Source: a virus
Length of the DNA: 64,000 bases
Virus record (IMG/VR): IMGVR_UViG_3300003690_003063
Span: 1 to 64,000 of that record
Reading direction: 5' to 3' (one strand)
Each line of letters starts with the position of its first letter. The first letter of the stretch is position 1. The position numbers and the translations under genes were made by a program. The notes below the pieces were generated by a model. It was not told the origin of the DNA and did no database searches. It saw only the letters and a program-made list of their open reading frames with translations. Of this stretch, positions 50,065 to 59,580 are shown piece after piece.

Positions 50065-50613
50065 ATGGCAACAGTATACGAAATCATCCAAGGAATTAAC
50101 CAAGCAGCCTCGAATGCCTATGATGGAGCTCACGAGGAGGGGCTGCAAGCTGATGGTAAGGCGAGAAAGGCGGGCCTTTCGCGTGAAGACGGTCACTATA
50201 TTAATGATAGTCGTGTAATGGACGGCTTTAAAGTTTCTTTTCATGGCCCCCTCTTGCGCGTTAACTATCAGGCTGAGGTAAGACTTAAAGATGTGAAAGA
50301 AACTGGTTTCGAAAATGACATCATCTCTCATCTTAAAGATATCATAAAATTTTTAAAGAAAGAATATAAAGACATTACTGGGAATACCCTTACACTTACG
50401 AAAGAAGGAGACCACAAGATCCTCGTTCAAAGAATTTCTAATTATCGCACTGACTGTCAAGCTCATTGTGATTATCGGATTGGCGGCCTCAAAGACGCAA
50501 TTGAAGTGAACGAGGGATCTGACGAAGATCGTCTCGATGACGCGATTAAAAAGTGGCTGGCCATGGGCCCTAAAAATAAGCGTCCCAAGAACGATACCCG
50601 TAAAGGTAAATAA
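50065..50613 (+). CDS. Hypothetical protein
   Basis: 182-aa ORF with GAGGA upstream, directly before terminase. Confidence 0.7.
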   Translation: MATVYEIIQGINQAASNAYDGAHEEGLQADGKARKAGLSREDGHYINDSRVMDGFKVSFHGPLLRVNYQAEVRLKDVKETGFENDIISHLKDIIKFLKKEYKDITGNTLTLTKEGDHKILVQRISNYRTDCQAHCDYRIGGLKDAIEVNEGSDEDRLDDAIKKWLAMGPKNKRPKNDTRKGK

Positions 50614-50621
50614 CACATGTT

Positions 50622-52199
50622 ATGGGGAACGCCCTTACTAAACAAGAGATTTTAAAAGAGATCGTCAAAGCGGGCAAAGATCCGATCTATTTTACGACGA
50701 ATTATTGTCGTATCTCCCATCCGCAAAAAGGCCTTATACCATTTAAGGCATATCATTATCAACAAGATCTGCTCAAAGATTTTAATGATTACCGATTCAA
50801 TATAATTCTGAAGGCGCGCCAACTCGGTATTTCAACAATCACGGCAGCCTATGTTGCGTGGCTTATGCTGTTCCACCGCGATAAAAATATTCTTGTAGTG
50901 GCAACGAAGCTTCAGACCGCAACTAATCTCGTTAGAAAAGTTAAAGCAATTATTAAGCACCTACCTCCGTGGATGCGTATAGCAGAGATTATAGTTGATA
51001 ATAGAACTTCCTTTGAATTAAACAATGGGTCACAGATTAAAGGATCTTCTACTGCGGGTGACGCAGGCCGCTCTGAGGCCCTTTCATTGTTAGTCGTTGA
51101 TGAGGCTGCCCATGTTGAAAAACTTTCTGATTTATGGACGGCACTTTATCCTACACTTTCCACTGGTGGTCGATGCATCGCGCTTTCAACGCCTAATGGT
51201 GTCGGCAACTGGTTTCATCAACATTGTGTTGAGGCCGAAAACGGAACCAACGATTTTCATATGACGACACTTTTGTGGGACCAACACCCTGATCGAGATA
51301 AGAAATGGTTTGATAAAGAAACCAAAAATATGTCAAAGCGCCAAATAGCGCAGGAGCTAGAGTGCAATTTCAACGTATCCGGGGAGACAGTTATACACCC
51401 AGACGATATTCAGTGGTATCTGGAGAGAACGATCGCTCCAGAGTATCGGACAGGGTTTGATAGAAACTATTGGATTTGGAAGCAACACGAGGCCGGCAAA
51501 CCCTATCTTATAGTTGCTGACGTTGCCCGCGGCGATGGAAAAGATAATAGTGCTTTCCACATCTTGGAGTTAGCCACAATGGAAGTGGTGGCTGAATATG
51601 TGGGTAAACCCACCCCAGACGATTTCGCTGATATTTTATATAATGTGGCAAAAGAGTACGGTGATCCCATGTTGGTGATAGAAAACAACAACATAGGCTA
51701 TGCAGTACTTAAAAAACTATCAGATAAAGGGTATCCTAACTTATATCACTCAACAAAAGGAGATCATAGCTATGTAGATCCTGTGTCGGCGCAATGGCAA
51801 TCGAATGTTATTCCAGGGTTTACTACTTCTTCTAAAACGCGGCCTCTTATCGTGGCGAAGATGGAAGAGTTTATGAGAAACAAACTAATTAAGATTAACT
51901 CGAATAGGTTACTTTCTGAAATGAAAACGTTTATTTGGCACCACGGTCGACCACAGGCTATGAGAAGCTATAATGATGATTTGGTTATGTCGTTTGCTAT
52001 TGGATGTTGGGTAAGAGATACGGTGATTGTTGAGAGCCAGAAAAATATGGAATATAATAAGCAATTTTTATCCTCCATTTCAACCACCAAGACAGCTATC
52101 TCGACTACTATCCCGGGAATGCGCGATCATAGAACATCAACCGATATCAAACAAGCATCTGAGTTTGTGGAACAGTATATGGCGCTAATAAAAGGTTAA
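50622..52199 (+). CDS. terL: Terminase large subunit (gp17-like)
   Basis: Walker A KARQLGIST, Walker B LLVVDEAAH, STPNG, nuclease ADVARGDGKD and NDDLVM. Confidence 0.95.
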   Translation: MGNALTKQEILKEIVKAGKDPIYFTTNYCRISHPQKGLIPFKAYHYQQDLLKDFNDYRFNIILKARQLGISTITAAYVAWLMLFHRDKNILVVATKLQTATNLVRKVKAIIKHLPPWMRIAEIIVDNRTSFELNNGSQIKGSSTAGDAGRSEALSLLVVDEAAHVEKLSDLWTALYPTLSTGGRCIALSTPNGVGNWFHQHCVEAENGTNDFHMTTLLWDQHPDRDKKWFDKETKNMSKRQIAQELECNFNVSGETVIHPDDIQWYLERTIAPEYRTGFDRNYWIWKQHEAGKPYLIVADVARGDGKDNSAFHILELATMEVVAEYVGKPTPDDFADILYNVAKEYGDPMLVIENNNIGYAVLKKLSDKGYPNLYHSTKGDHSYVDPVSAQWQSNVIPGFTTSSKTRPLIVAKMEEFMRNKLIKINSNRLLSEMKTFIWHHGRPQAMRSYNDDLVMSFAIGCWVRDTVIVESQKNMEYNKQFLSSISTTKTAISTTIPGMRDHRTSTDIKQASEFVEQYMALIKG

Positions 52200-52202
52200 A
52201 TT

Positions 52203-54176
52203 ATGGCAAAAAGAGAAAACAACCCTAGAAACCCAGCGGCTCCTCTGTTTAAGAGGCTTACTAGGCTTTTATCAGGGCCTATTGTAAATTACCGCGCACA
52301 GATCGCGCGTCAGGAACGCCGCGGCGACCTGGATAAATATAGATATCGTTTCCGTTCGATGAGCGGCCAAGAATTTAAGAGGTCCGACAATAACTTTTCT
52401 CAAAACTATAACTTGTTTACATCTGCGGCATTCCGTAATCAAAATCGGTCGGAGCGCTATATTGATTTTGAACAAATGGAATACATGCCCGAGATTGCAT
52501 CGGCTATGGATATCTATGCTGACGAGATGACTACGTCCAACGAGTATAATCAGTTATTAAATGTTGCCTGTATGAATCTGGAAATTAAAACTATCTTAGA
52601 GTCTCTTTTTTATGATGCCCTGAACATTGAATTTAACGCCTTTGGGTGGGCGCGCTCAATGTGTAAGTATGGCGATTTTTTTATGTATTTAGATATAGAT
52701 GAAAAGCTCGGGGTTACAAACGTAATTGGAATGCCGAATAATGAGGTCGAGCGTCTTGAGGGGCAAGACCCTACCAATCCGAACTATGTCCAGTATCAGT
52801 GGAATGGCGCCGGCATAACGTTCGAGAACTGGCAAGTTGCACATTTTCGTATTTTAGGTAACGATAGACATGCTCCGTATGGCACTTCTGTTTTGGATCC
52901 TGCTCGACGTATTTGGCGTCAGCTTACATTATTAGAAGACGCTATGATTGCCTATCGTGTTGTCCGCGCCCCCGAGCGCCGCGTGTTTAAAATTGATGTG
53001 GGGAATATCCCCCCCCAAGATATCCCGCAGTACATGGAAAAGGTTAAAACCGAGATGAAACGAAATTCATTGATAGATGCCAATACGGGCCGCGTTGATT
53101 TACGTTATAACCCCCTATCGCTAGAAGAGGATTATTTTATTCCTATGCGGGGTGGAGTGGGGTCTGATATTATTTCGCTCCCGGGCGCTAAATCTCTCGA
53201 TGATATCGACGATGTGAAGTATTTAAGAGATAAGATGTTTTCAGCTCTTAAAATTCCTCAATCTTATCTTACAAACTTGGAAGGGGCTGACGAAGATAAG
53301 ACTACGTTAGCACAGAAGGACATCCGGTTTTCTAGAACTATCCAGCGACTTCAACGTTCTTTGGTTTCAGAGCTTGAAAAAATATCTATAGTTCATCTTT
53401 ACACTCTTGGTTTCCGCGGCGACGACTTAATTAGTTTTGATTTGACCCTGAATAATCCCTCCCGACTTGCTGAGCTCCAGCAATTAGAATATCTGCGTAC
53501 TAAATTTGATGTGGCCAATGCGGTACCAGAAGGAACCTTCAGCAAACGCTGGGTGGGCCACAACATTCTGGGACTCTCTGACGAAGAGGTGCTACGAAAT
53601 CAGCGGGAATCCTTCTACGATCGTAAATATTCGCAGGCATTAGAGGCCGTGGTGGACGAGGGCGCCGAAGAGGCCGCCATGGGCGGCGAAGAAGGCCTTG
53701 GCGATCTCGGCGGAGACCTCGGTGGCGATCTCGGCGGAGACCTCGGCGGCGATCTCGGCGGAGAAGCTGCCCCCGCCGGTGAAGAATCTCCTCTATTAAC
53801 GGCTCCCGGTCGCGTCGAAGATATAAGAGAAGAGGATGGAGATGTCCGAAATTATGAAAAAAGTTCATATGAAACTGTACGACGCCGCGGCGGCGACCAG
53901 AGACGCAAAGGCCGCTCGGGCCCCACAAGCAGACACATTAAAAATACTGCATTGCCGGAGGCCCCTAGTCTTGGCACTCGCCGTTCCCGGCTCCCAGGCG
54001 TCGTTAAAACTTCTGATTTAGGATTGGGCACAATAGATTTTAAATCAATGGTGGGCTTGGAAGAACAAAAGGCATCTATTTATAATAGTGAAACGAGACT
54101 TCTAGAGAATACTACACGGGTTCGGAGGCTTGTGGAACAGCTAGAAAAAAAAGAGGCGGAAAAGGATGAAACATAA
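52203..54176 (+). CDS. Portal protein (gp20-like)
   Basis: LLEDAMIAYRVVRAPERRVFKIDVGNIP, EEDYFIP.RG, LPGA, ALKIP motifs. Confidence 0.95.
   Translation: MAKRENNPRNPAAPLFKRLTRLLSGPIVNYRAQIARQERRGDLDKYRYRFRSMSGQEFKRSDNNFSQNYNLFTSAAFRNQNRSERYIDFEQMEYMPEIASAMDIYADEMTTSNEYNQLLNVACMNLEIKTILESLFYDALNIEFNAFGWARSMCKYGDFFMYLDIDEKLGVTNVIGMPNNEVERLEGQDPTNPNYVQYQWNGAGITFENWQVAHFRILGNDRHAPYGTSVLDPARRIWRQLTLLEDAMIAYRVVRAPERRVFKIDVGNIPPQDIPQYMEKVKTEMKRNSLIDANTGRVDLRYNPLSLEEDYFIPMRGGVGSDIISLPGAKSLDDIDDVKYLRDKMFSALKIPQSYLTNLEGADEDKTTLAQKDIRFSRTIQRLQRSLVSELEKISIVHLYTLGFRGDDLISFDLTLNNPSRLAELQQLEYLRTKFDVANAVPEGTFSKRWVGHNILGLSDEEVLRNQRESFYDRKYSQALEAVVDEGAEEAAMGGEEGLGDLGGDLGGDLGGDLGGDLGGEAAPAGEESPLLTAPGRVEDIREEDGDVRNYEKSSYETVRRRGGDQRRKGRSGPTSRHIKNTALPEAPSLGTRRSRLPGVVKTSDLGLGTIDFKSMVGLEEQKASIYNSETRLLENTTRVRRLVEQLEKKEAEKDET
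53700..53765 (+). repeat. 12-bp tandem repeat encoding (GDLG)n in the portal C-terminal tail
   Basis: GDLGGDLGGDLGGDLGGDLGGE. Confidence 0.85.
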
Positions 54177-54972
54177 TAAGAAGCGGAACACAGCATTTAT
54201 TTATGAAACTTTGGCCAAAGAACTTACGAAGAATATCGTAGATAAAGACGACGGAAGAAAAAATAAAGTTGTTAGAATTCTTAAAGAGTTTTTTGTTCAG
54301 GGAACGATTCTCGCACGAGAGCTTGAACTTTATCAGATTCTTCTTCAAACACAAAATGTTCAAAAAGAGATAGCCGAACGTCTTTTAGGCGAAACTAAAA
54401 AAGCTCGCGTCATCTTAGATCAAAATAAAATTTTTGATGCCCAGTCGCGACTCATAGCCGCCGTTAATAAGGGAATTGGACAACAAGTATGGGCCAACTT
54501 CGTTCCCAATTTTAAGTCTTTGGCCTCAGTTAGTGCTATTTTTAATATTAAGACCGCCGTTAAACAGAGAGTTTTATTTGAACAATCAATCATCGATAAA
54601 ATGAGCGCTAAGAAATCATCTCAATTCCCCGATAATCTGAGATCAATTGACAATTTAGTCTATGGATCATTTATTAAGAAATTTAATAACAAGTATGGAG
54701 ATCTTATTCAGGAGCAAAAAGATTTATTAAATCATTATATTATTAGTTTTGCTGATGATGGTTTTGAGTTGCGACTATATCTTAATGAGGAGATCGGCAG
54801 ACTTAAGACGTTGCTCTCTGAATTGGGCGCCGATACGCAAGCGTCCCTTATTGTTGAAAAAACACAGGCTGTACAGGGCTACCTTGAAAATATTCGCAAA
54901 CGGGAGTTTGCTGAAGCCGATATTGACAAAATTTTAAAGACACAACAATTAGTTCGGGAGCTCCAAGAATAA
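54166..54972 (+). CDS. Hypothetical helical protein in head module
   Basis: 268-aa ORF (MKHNKKRNTAFIYE) immediately after portal. Confidence 0.65.
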   Translation: MKHNKKRNTAFIYETLAKELTKNIVDKDDGRKNKVVRILKEFFVQGTILARELELYQILLQTQNVQKEIAERLLGETKKARVILDQNKIFDAQSRLIAAVNKGIGQQVWANFVPNFKSLASVSAIFNIKTAVKQRVLFEQSIIDKMSAKKSSQFPDNLRSIDNLVYGSFIKKFNNKYGDLIQEQKDLLNHYIISFADDGFELRLYLNEEIGRLKTLLSELGADTQASLIVEKTQAVQGYLENIRKREFAEADIDKILKTQQLVRELQE

Positions 54973-55478
54973 TGATTAAGATTAAGATTGGAGGCCCGCA
55001 GGCTACTGTCGAACTCAATGCTCGAAAAGCATTAGATGGTTCTCTCCTTATCATGGATCATCAAAAGATTGACATTGCGGTGGTGCCAGATAAACTTAAA
55101 GTCGTGACATTTCCAAAAACGACATCCACCGAGGACGTCTACGATTATCAAAATAGATTGTTAGAATTGTTAGCAGATAAAGGCATCATCGACCGCAGCA
55201 GTATTCAGGGGGGGAATGTCTTTCGTTCTCTAGAGGGGACAGTACATGAGAGCGAACAAATTAACCCCCTACAGGCTGCGGTATATATAATAGCTGAGTT
55301 CATCAACAGCGAGGCAGAGCATGAACAAGTCGCCGATAGATATGAGAAAGAGCTTGAAGATATGTATACCCACCCAGACGATAGAGATTCCACTGAATAT
55401 GGTGAAGTTCCCCAATATGCCGAAAAGGGTTCCATGCGTCCTGGCTACTACTATTATCCATTAAGAAATCGATATTAA
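54972..55478 (+). CDS. Hypothetical protein
   Basis: 168-aa ORF, TAATG coupling. Confidence 0.65.
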   Translation: MIKIKIGGPQATVELNARKALDGSLLIMDHQKIDIAVVPDKLKVVTFPKTTSTEDVYDYQNRLLELLADKGIIDRSSIQGGNVFRSLEGTVHESEQINPLQAAVYIIAEFINSEAEHEQVADRYEKELEDMYTHPDDRDSTEYGEVPQYAEKGSMRPGYYYYPLRNRY

Positions 55479-55479
55479 A

Positions 55480-55797
55480 GTGGAGCTGTTACATTTTGTG
55501 CTTGCCGCGTACGGCATGACTTTTATCATTATTCACGGACATATCTTTAATAAGATACGTCCCGCTTGTCAAGCATGGGGAGGTTTTGGAAGATTATTTC
55601 ATTGTCATCTGTGTATGGGATTTTGGGTTGGCGTCTTTCTTTGGGGCGTAAGTCCTTACACAGAACTATTTAATTTTGACTATACGTTCGTAAATGCTTT
55701 CATTTGCGGCTGTATTAGCGCTGGTACCTCATACTTCTTAAGTATGTTGGTAGAGGATTACGGGATCAGAGTGATCTATAAAGGAGGTGAATCATGA
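55480..55797 (+). CDS. Membrane protein, DUF1360-like
   Basis: Hydrophobic helices with CHLCMGFWVG (CxxCxxxW). Confidence 0.55.
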   Translation: MELLHFVLAAYGMTFIIIHGHIFNKIRPACQAWGGFGRLFHCHLCMGFWVGVFLWGVSPYTELFNFDYTFVNAFICGCISAGTSYFLSMLVEDYGIRVIYKGGES

Positions 55798-55850
55798 AAA
55801 AGTGGATGATCCAGCCGGTTCGTCGATGCTGCTCTGGTAGCATACTTTAG
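55794..55850 (+). CDS. 18-aa micropeptide MKKWMIQPVRRCCSGSIL
   Basis: Near-perfect SD AAGGAGGTG at 55781-89, ATGA overlap with upstream stop. Confidence 0.5.
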   Translation: MKKWMIQPVRRCCSGSIL

Positions 55851-55889
55851 GTGGGACCGTAAAGACCCACGTTAAATAAATAGGAATTA

Positions 55890-56430
55890 ATTATGGCACG
55901 TAGAAAAAATGTAAAGAGAATAGACCCAAGATACTTCTTGCACGAGACAGTGAATCGTAATGACGATGGCTCAGCTATTGAAGAAGAACAAGCCATATTT
56001 GCCCCCAACCATTATTGCGTTCATCACGGCGGCGTCCAGCATGAAGGCCAGATTAAGATGGCTGAAGCTATCAATCATAATTTTAACAGGAAGCTTAATA
56101 GAGTTACTCATTACGATATGAGACTTCAAGACGGTACTATTTTAGAAGGCATTGCGGCCGAAGATATTCAAGTTGTTCGTGCTTCTTTAGCTGAGGAACA
56201 CAGCCACGAAGAGGGTTGCCCCTCCGAAGAAGGAGGTGCCACCGACATTAGCCAGTTAACCCCCGAAGAAGCGTTTGATGCGGGCATGGCCGCGGCCAGA
56301 GATGCCATTGACCAAGCCATGGGCGCACCTGATGGGCCGCCTCCTGAAGGGGCTGAGGATAATTATGGCCCGTAGAAAAAATGTAAAAAGAATAGATCCA
56401 AGGTACTTCTTGCACGAGACAGTGAATCGT
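55890..56430 (+). repeat. ~70-bp near-identical direct repeat at the starts of two adjacent genes (about 55890-55958 and 56362-56430)
   Basis: ttatggc(a/c)cgtagaaaaaatgtaaa(g/a)agaataga(c/t)ccaag(a/g)tacttcttgcacgagacagtgaatcgt. Confidence 0.9.
55893..56375 (+). CDS. Hypothetical acidic protein with leader MARRKNVKRIDPRYFLHETVNR
   Basis: AGGA upstream; 22-aa leader identical to that of the next gene. Confidence 0.7.
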   Translation: MARRKNVKRIDPRYFLHETVNRNDDGSAIEEEQAIFAPNHYCVHHGGVQHEGQIKMAEAINHNFNRKLNRVTHYDMRLQDGTILEGIAAEDIQVVRASLAEEHSHEEGCPSEEGGATDISQLTPEEAFDAGMAAARDAIDQAMGAPDGPPPEGAEDNYGP

Positions 56431-56886
56431 GGTGAGGAGCTTGATGAAGGCGCCCTTAACGTGGTGTTGGATATAGCCGGTCTTATCCCCGGTGTCGGGG
56501 AATATGCTGACGTTGCCAATGCTGCTCTATATGCGAAGGATGGCAAGTGGCTGTTCGCTGCCCTCTCCTTGATCTCGGTGATTCCGGTTCTGGGCGATGC
56601 CGTAGGCAAAGGCGGCAAGATAAGCATGTGGGTTGCTAAGAATTTCCCAAAGGGTGCCAAAGCGATCGCCAAGCATGGGCCAGAAGTTCTCAAGGTAATA
56701 GAATTACTTCAGAAGCATGCGTCCACTGTGGCTAATTTGTTTGATGCAGTAGCCCAGGACGAACGCGTGAAGGGCTTTTTGGGCGGCGATGAGGGGGTAG
56801 CGGAAATGCAACGAGCCCTAGATGAATTTGCCGCCGGCGGTGCTAGTGAGTGGCCCCCCACCGCGGCCCAAGCAGCAGAGGAATAA
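56365..56886 (+). CDS. Protein with the same leader plus a pre-toxin TG (PT-TG)-like domain
   Basis: LDIAGLIPGVGEYADVANAALYAKDGKW..AALSLISVIPVLGDAVGK; GAGGA upstream of ATG 56365. Confidence 0.65.
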   Translation: MARRKNVKRIDPRYFLHETVNRGEELDEGALNVVLDIAGLIPGVGEYADVANAALYAKDGKWLFAALSLISVIPVLGDAVGKGGKISMWVAKNFPKGAKAIAKHGPEVLKVIELLQKHASTVANLFDAVAQDERVKGFLGGDEGVAEMQRALDEFAAGGASEWPPTAAQAAEE

Positions 56887-56891
56887 GAACA

Positions 56892-57491
56892 ATGCCACAG
56901 CTTCTCCGAGAATTTTATGAACTATGCGAAGGTGGCGTCTGTCAGGATCTTTTGACTGAAGCCGAAAAGACTTTTGTGCGCAATGGTGGCATGATATTAA
57001 GCGGGAAGCTTCAAGAAGCAGAAGTACAGAATGGTAATGGTCGCGTGTATCCGATGTCGATTTTAGAAAGAGAAGTACAACGTTATGCAAAACTCGTGGA
57101 GGATCACCGTGCCCTTGGGGAGCTCGACCATCCCGAGTCTTCGATTGTTAATTTAGCCAACGTTTCTCATATGATTACCGAAGTATGGATGGATGGTCCG
57201 TCGGTGATGGGTAAATGTAAAGTTCTCGACACACCTTCGGGACAAATTCTGCGCGCCTTGGTAGAATCGGGGGTTAAGATTGGGATTTCATCACGTGGTC
57301 TTGGATCTGTCATCGAGCAAAAGGGCAAAACAATAGTGGAAGACGACTTCCAGTTAATTAGTTTTGATATTGTGTCAGAACCATCTACTCCAGACGCCTT
57401 TATGACACTGTCAGAAAGCAAATTCATGAATGAACAGGTACAAAAAAATAACAAGATTATTAATTTGGCCAACAGTATTTTAGGAAATTAA
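56892..57491 (+). CDS. Prohead core protease (gp21-like)
   Basis: NGNGRVYP, ALGELDHP, VSH, GISSRGLGS, FDIVSEPS. Confidence 0.93.
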   Translation: MPQLLREFYELCEGGVCQDLLTEAEKTFVRNGGMILSGKLQEAEVQNGNGRVYPMSILEREVQRYAKLVEDHRALGELDHPESSIVNLANVSHMITEVWMDGPSVMGKCKVLDTPSGQILRALVESGVKIGISSRGLGSVIEQKGKTIVEDDFQLISFDIVSEPSTPDAFMTLSESKFMNEQVQKNNKIINLANSILGN

Positions 57492-57495
57492 AAGT

Positions 57496-59580
57496 GTGCA
57501 AATATCTAAGCACGAGTTACACTCTATTATAAAAGAGGAACTTTCCGAGCATTTTAAGTTAACGGATCCATATCATACCCATTGGGGTGGGGGCGAAGAA
57601 GAGGAAGAGGAACCAGAAACTACCCTTGATGCTCCCGAAGGCCTCCCCGGCCCGCGCAAGAGTCGAGCTTCTCGAGGCGATCAAGATTATCCGGCGTCTG
57701 AAATGGCGACCATTACGGCGACTCTTTTTGAGGTAGCAGATGAGCTTGGAGTGCCTACGACGCCAGATGAACGTGAGGCCATTGTTGCTGAACTAGAAGA
57801 ACTCCTGCGGGGTCAAGGATACGAACTGCATGAACAAAACCTAATTTTATCAGAACCATTGTTTCTAGAAATTGATGAGTCGTCCCCCCGCCTTTTTAGG
57901 CTTTTAGATGATATTGAGAATGAAGATCCCGCCGCTCTTGATAGAATCATAGATGCTTTTGCCCGCGGCGGCATTGATATAGGGACAGGAACTCCCCCCG
58001 GCACTGATGATTTGGGCCGCGGCGATATTGTTCTTGTTCCGGAACCCGAGGAAGGTGAGCGTCACCCCGCGCCCATTTTACCAGGACGGTATGAGGTACG
58101 ACATTTAGGACGCCGAAGGGGCGTTCCCTCTGCCTTTTTGGGCGCCATTGACGAGGACAACGAGATCGATCATGATCGTCATGATTTATATGTTCCCCTT
58201 AGAGACATCATACCATATGGTGCCGTATATGCCTACTCGCCTTATGATTCCAAGGACCTCGATCGAGACTTGGATGATCCTGATTTAACGGATACAGAGA
58301 TCGATGTGCCCCCCGTCGAGGCGCCCGAGGAGGAAGAGTTGTGGGATCCTGATGACCCTACGATTGCTGGAGGTGTTCACGATGATGATGTATTGGTGCC
58401 CCCGGACGAGGAAGAAGAGCCCGAGGAGGAGGAAGCCCCCCTTAAGGTAGGAGATGTCGTACGTGTTAAAGAAAACGATCGCGATATAAAGCCCGGGGAC
58501 TATGAGGTAGCAGAGGTACGAGATTACACGACGGGCGCTTCCGTCGTGGTACTTGCCGCGGTAGCAGGCAAAGGCGGCGAGGACCGACACCAGGAATATC
58601 TTGAAACTATTCTTGATAATCCTGATGTTTTCAAAATAAACCCCTTTTTTCCTAAAATTCAAAATCCGTGGAGGTTTAAGTGGTTTTGGGAAGAAGACGA
58701 AGTCGACGACGATTCCACGGACGCTTTAAAGAAAGCGGCCAAAGGGATTAGAGATTTATTGCCTATCTCTCCTGGGAAGATGACCATTGGCGTACTCGGC
58801 ACCCTTGGCGGTATTGCGGGCATTGTCGGACTTGTGAAATATATATCCGAAGATGAAGAGGCCGTTTCTGAGCCCGCAGCCGCAGCAAAAGGCGAACAGA
58901 TAGAAGATTTAGGCAAAAAGGAGCCTAAAAGTTGGGACTTTCTTTTAAGTTCGTTAAAATTTATTCTATCTCTGGCGCTCGACGAAGGACAGATGGATGC
59001 CATCAATAAGGTTGAAATCCTCCTTAAAGCGATCACGGGCGCAGTCTCTGTTCAAGACCTTGACGCCGAAGCCTTGGGCGGCTTATTAGATGATGTCCCG
59101 GGGATAGAGTTTCTTGATAAACTACCGGGAGGCAGAGAAAAGCTAATTGAAATACTAATTGAGCAATGGCAAGAAATGCCGCTTGAAAAGAAGGTCAATC
59201 TTATACTTGCTCTAATCCCACAAGAAGACCTCAACCAGCTGGACGCCACGTTAAGTGCCGCACCACATCTCTCAGAGATGCCAGGAATGGATTGGCCTTT
59301 AGTAGGACCCGAAATCCAGGAGCTGATTAAAGAAAAAGCAGGCCTTGATGTGGGGGAAGATCCTCATATGGTGACTCTCTTATTAGCAGCCGGTCAGGCG
59401 TTTGGTCTCGCAGATGAAGAACATACGACGGATGCTATGGATGTTACACAGCATTTTTATGATTCTCTTGAAAAGGCAAAGAGTGCCGGTAAGTTAGAAC
59501 GTGGGATGATGATCATGGATGCTCTCTTTGAGCATCAGCAACAAATGAATAGAATGAAAGTATTAGCAGGCATAAAATGA
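57496..59580 (+). CDS. Large acidic protein with shared leader (MQISKHELHSIIKEEL), SH3/KOW-like repeats and one TM-like segment
   Basis: GTG start; GDIVLV..PGRYEV and VGDVVRV..PGDYEV; IGVLGTLGGIAGIVGLV; ends RMKVLAGIK. Confidence 0.6.
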   Translation: MQISKHELHSIIKEELSEHFKLTDPYHTHWGGGEEEEEEPETTLDAPEGLPGPRKSRASRGDQDYPASEMATITATLFEVADELGVPTTPDEREAIVAELEELLRGQGYELHEQNLILSEPLFLEIDESSPRLFRLLDDIENEDPAALDRIIDAFARGGIDIGTGTPPGTDDLGRGDIVLVPEPEEGERHPAPILPGRYEVRHLGRRRGVPSAFLGAIDEDNEIDHDRHDLYVPLRDIIPYGAVYAYSPYDSKDLDRDLDDPDLTDTEIDVPPVEAPEEEELWDPDDPTIAGGVHDDDVLVPPDEEEEPEEEEAPLKVGDVVRVKENDRDIKPGDYEVAEVRDYTTGASVVVLAAVAGKGGEDRHQEYLETILDNPDVFKINPFFPKIQNPWRFKWFWEEDEVDDDSTDALKKAAKGIRDLLPISPGKMTIGVLGTLGGIAGIVGLVKYISEDEEAVSEPAAAAKGEQIEDLGKKEPKSWDFLLSSLKFILSLALDEGQMDAINKVEILLKAITGAVSVQDLDAEALGGLLDDVPGIEFLDKLPGGREKLIEILIEQWQEMPLEKKVNLILALIPQEDLNQLDATLSAAPHLSEMPGMDWPLVGPEIQELIKEKAGLDVGEDPHMVTLLLAAGQAFGLADEEHTTDAMDVTQHFYDSLEKAKSAGKLERGMMIMDALFEHQQQMNRMKVLAGIK

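Noticed and set aside
55851-55870. Hairpin as an intrinsic terminator
   Set aside because: Only a 5-bp stem and no following U-tract.
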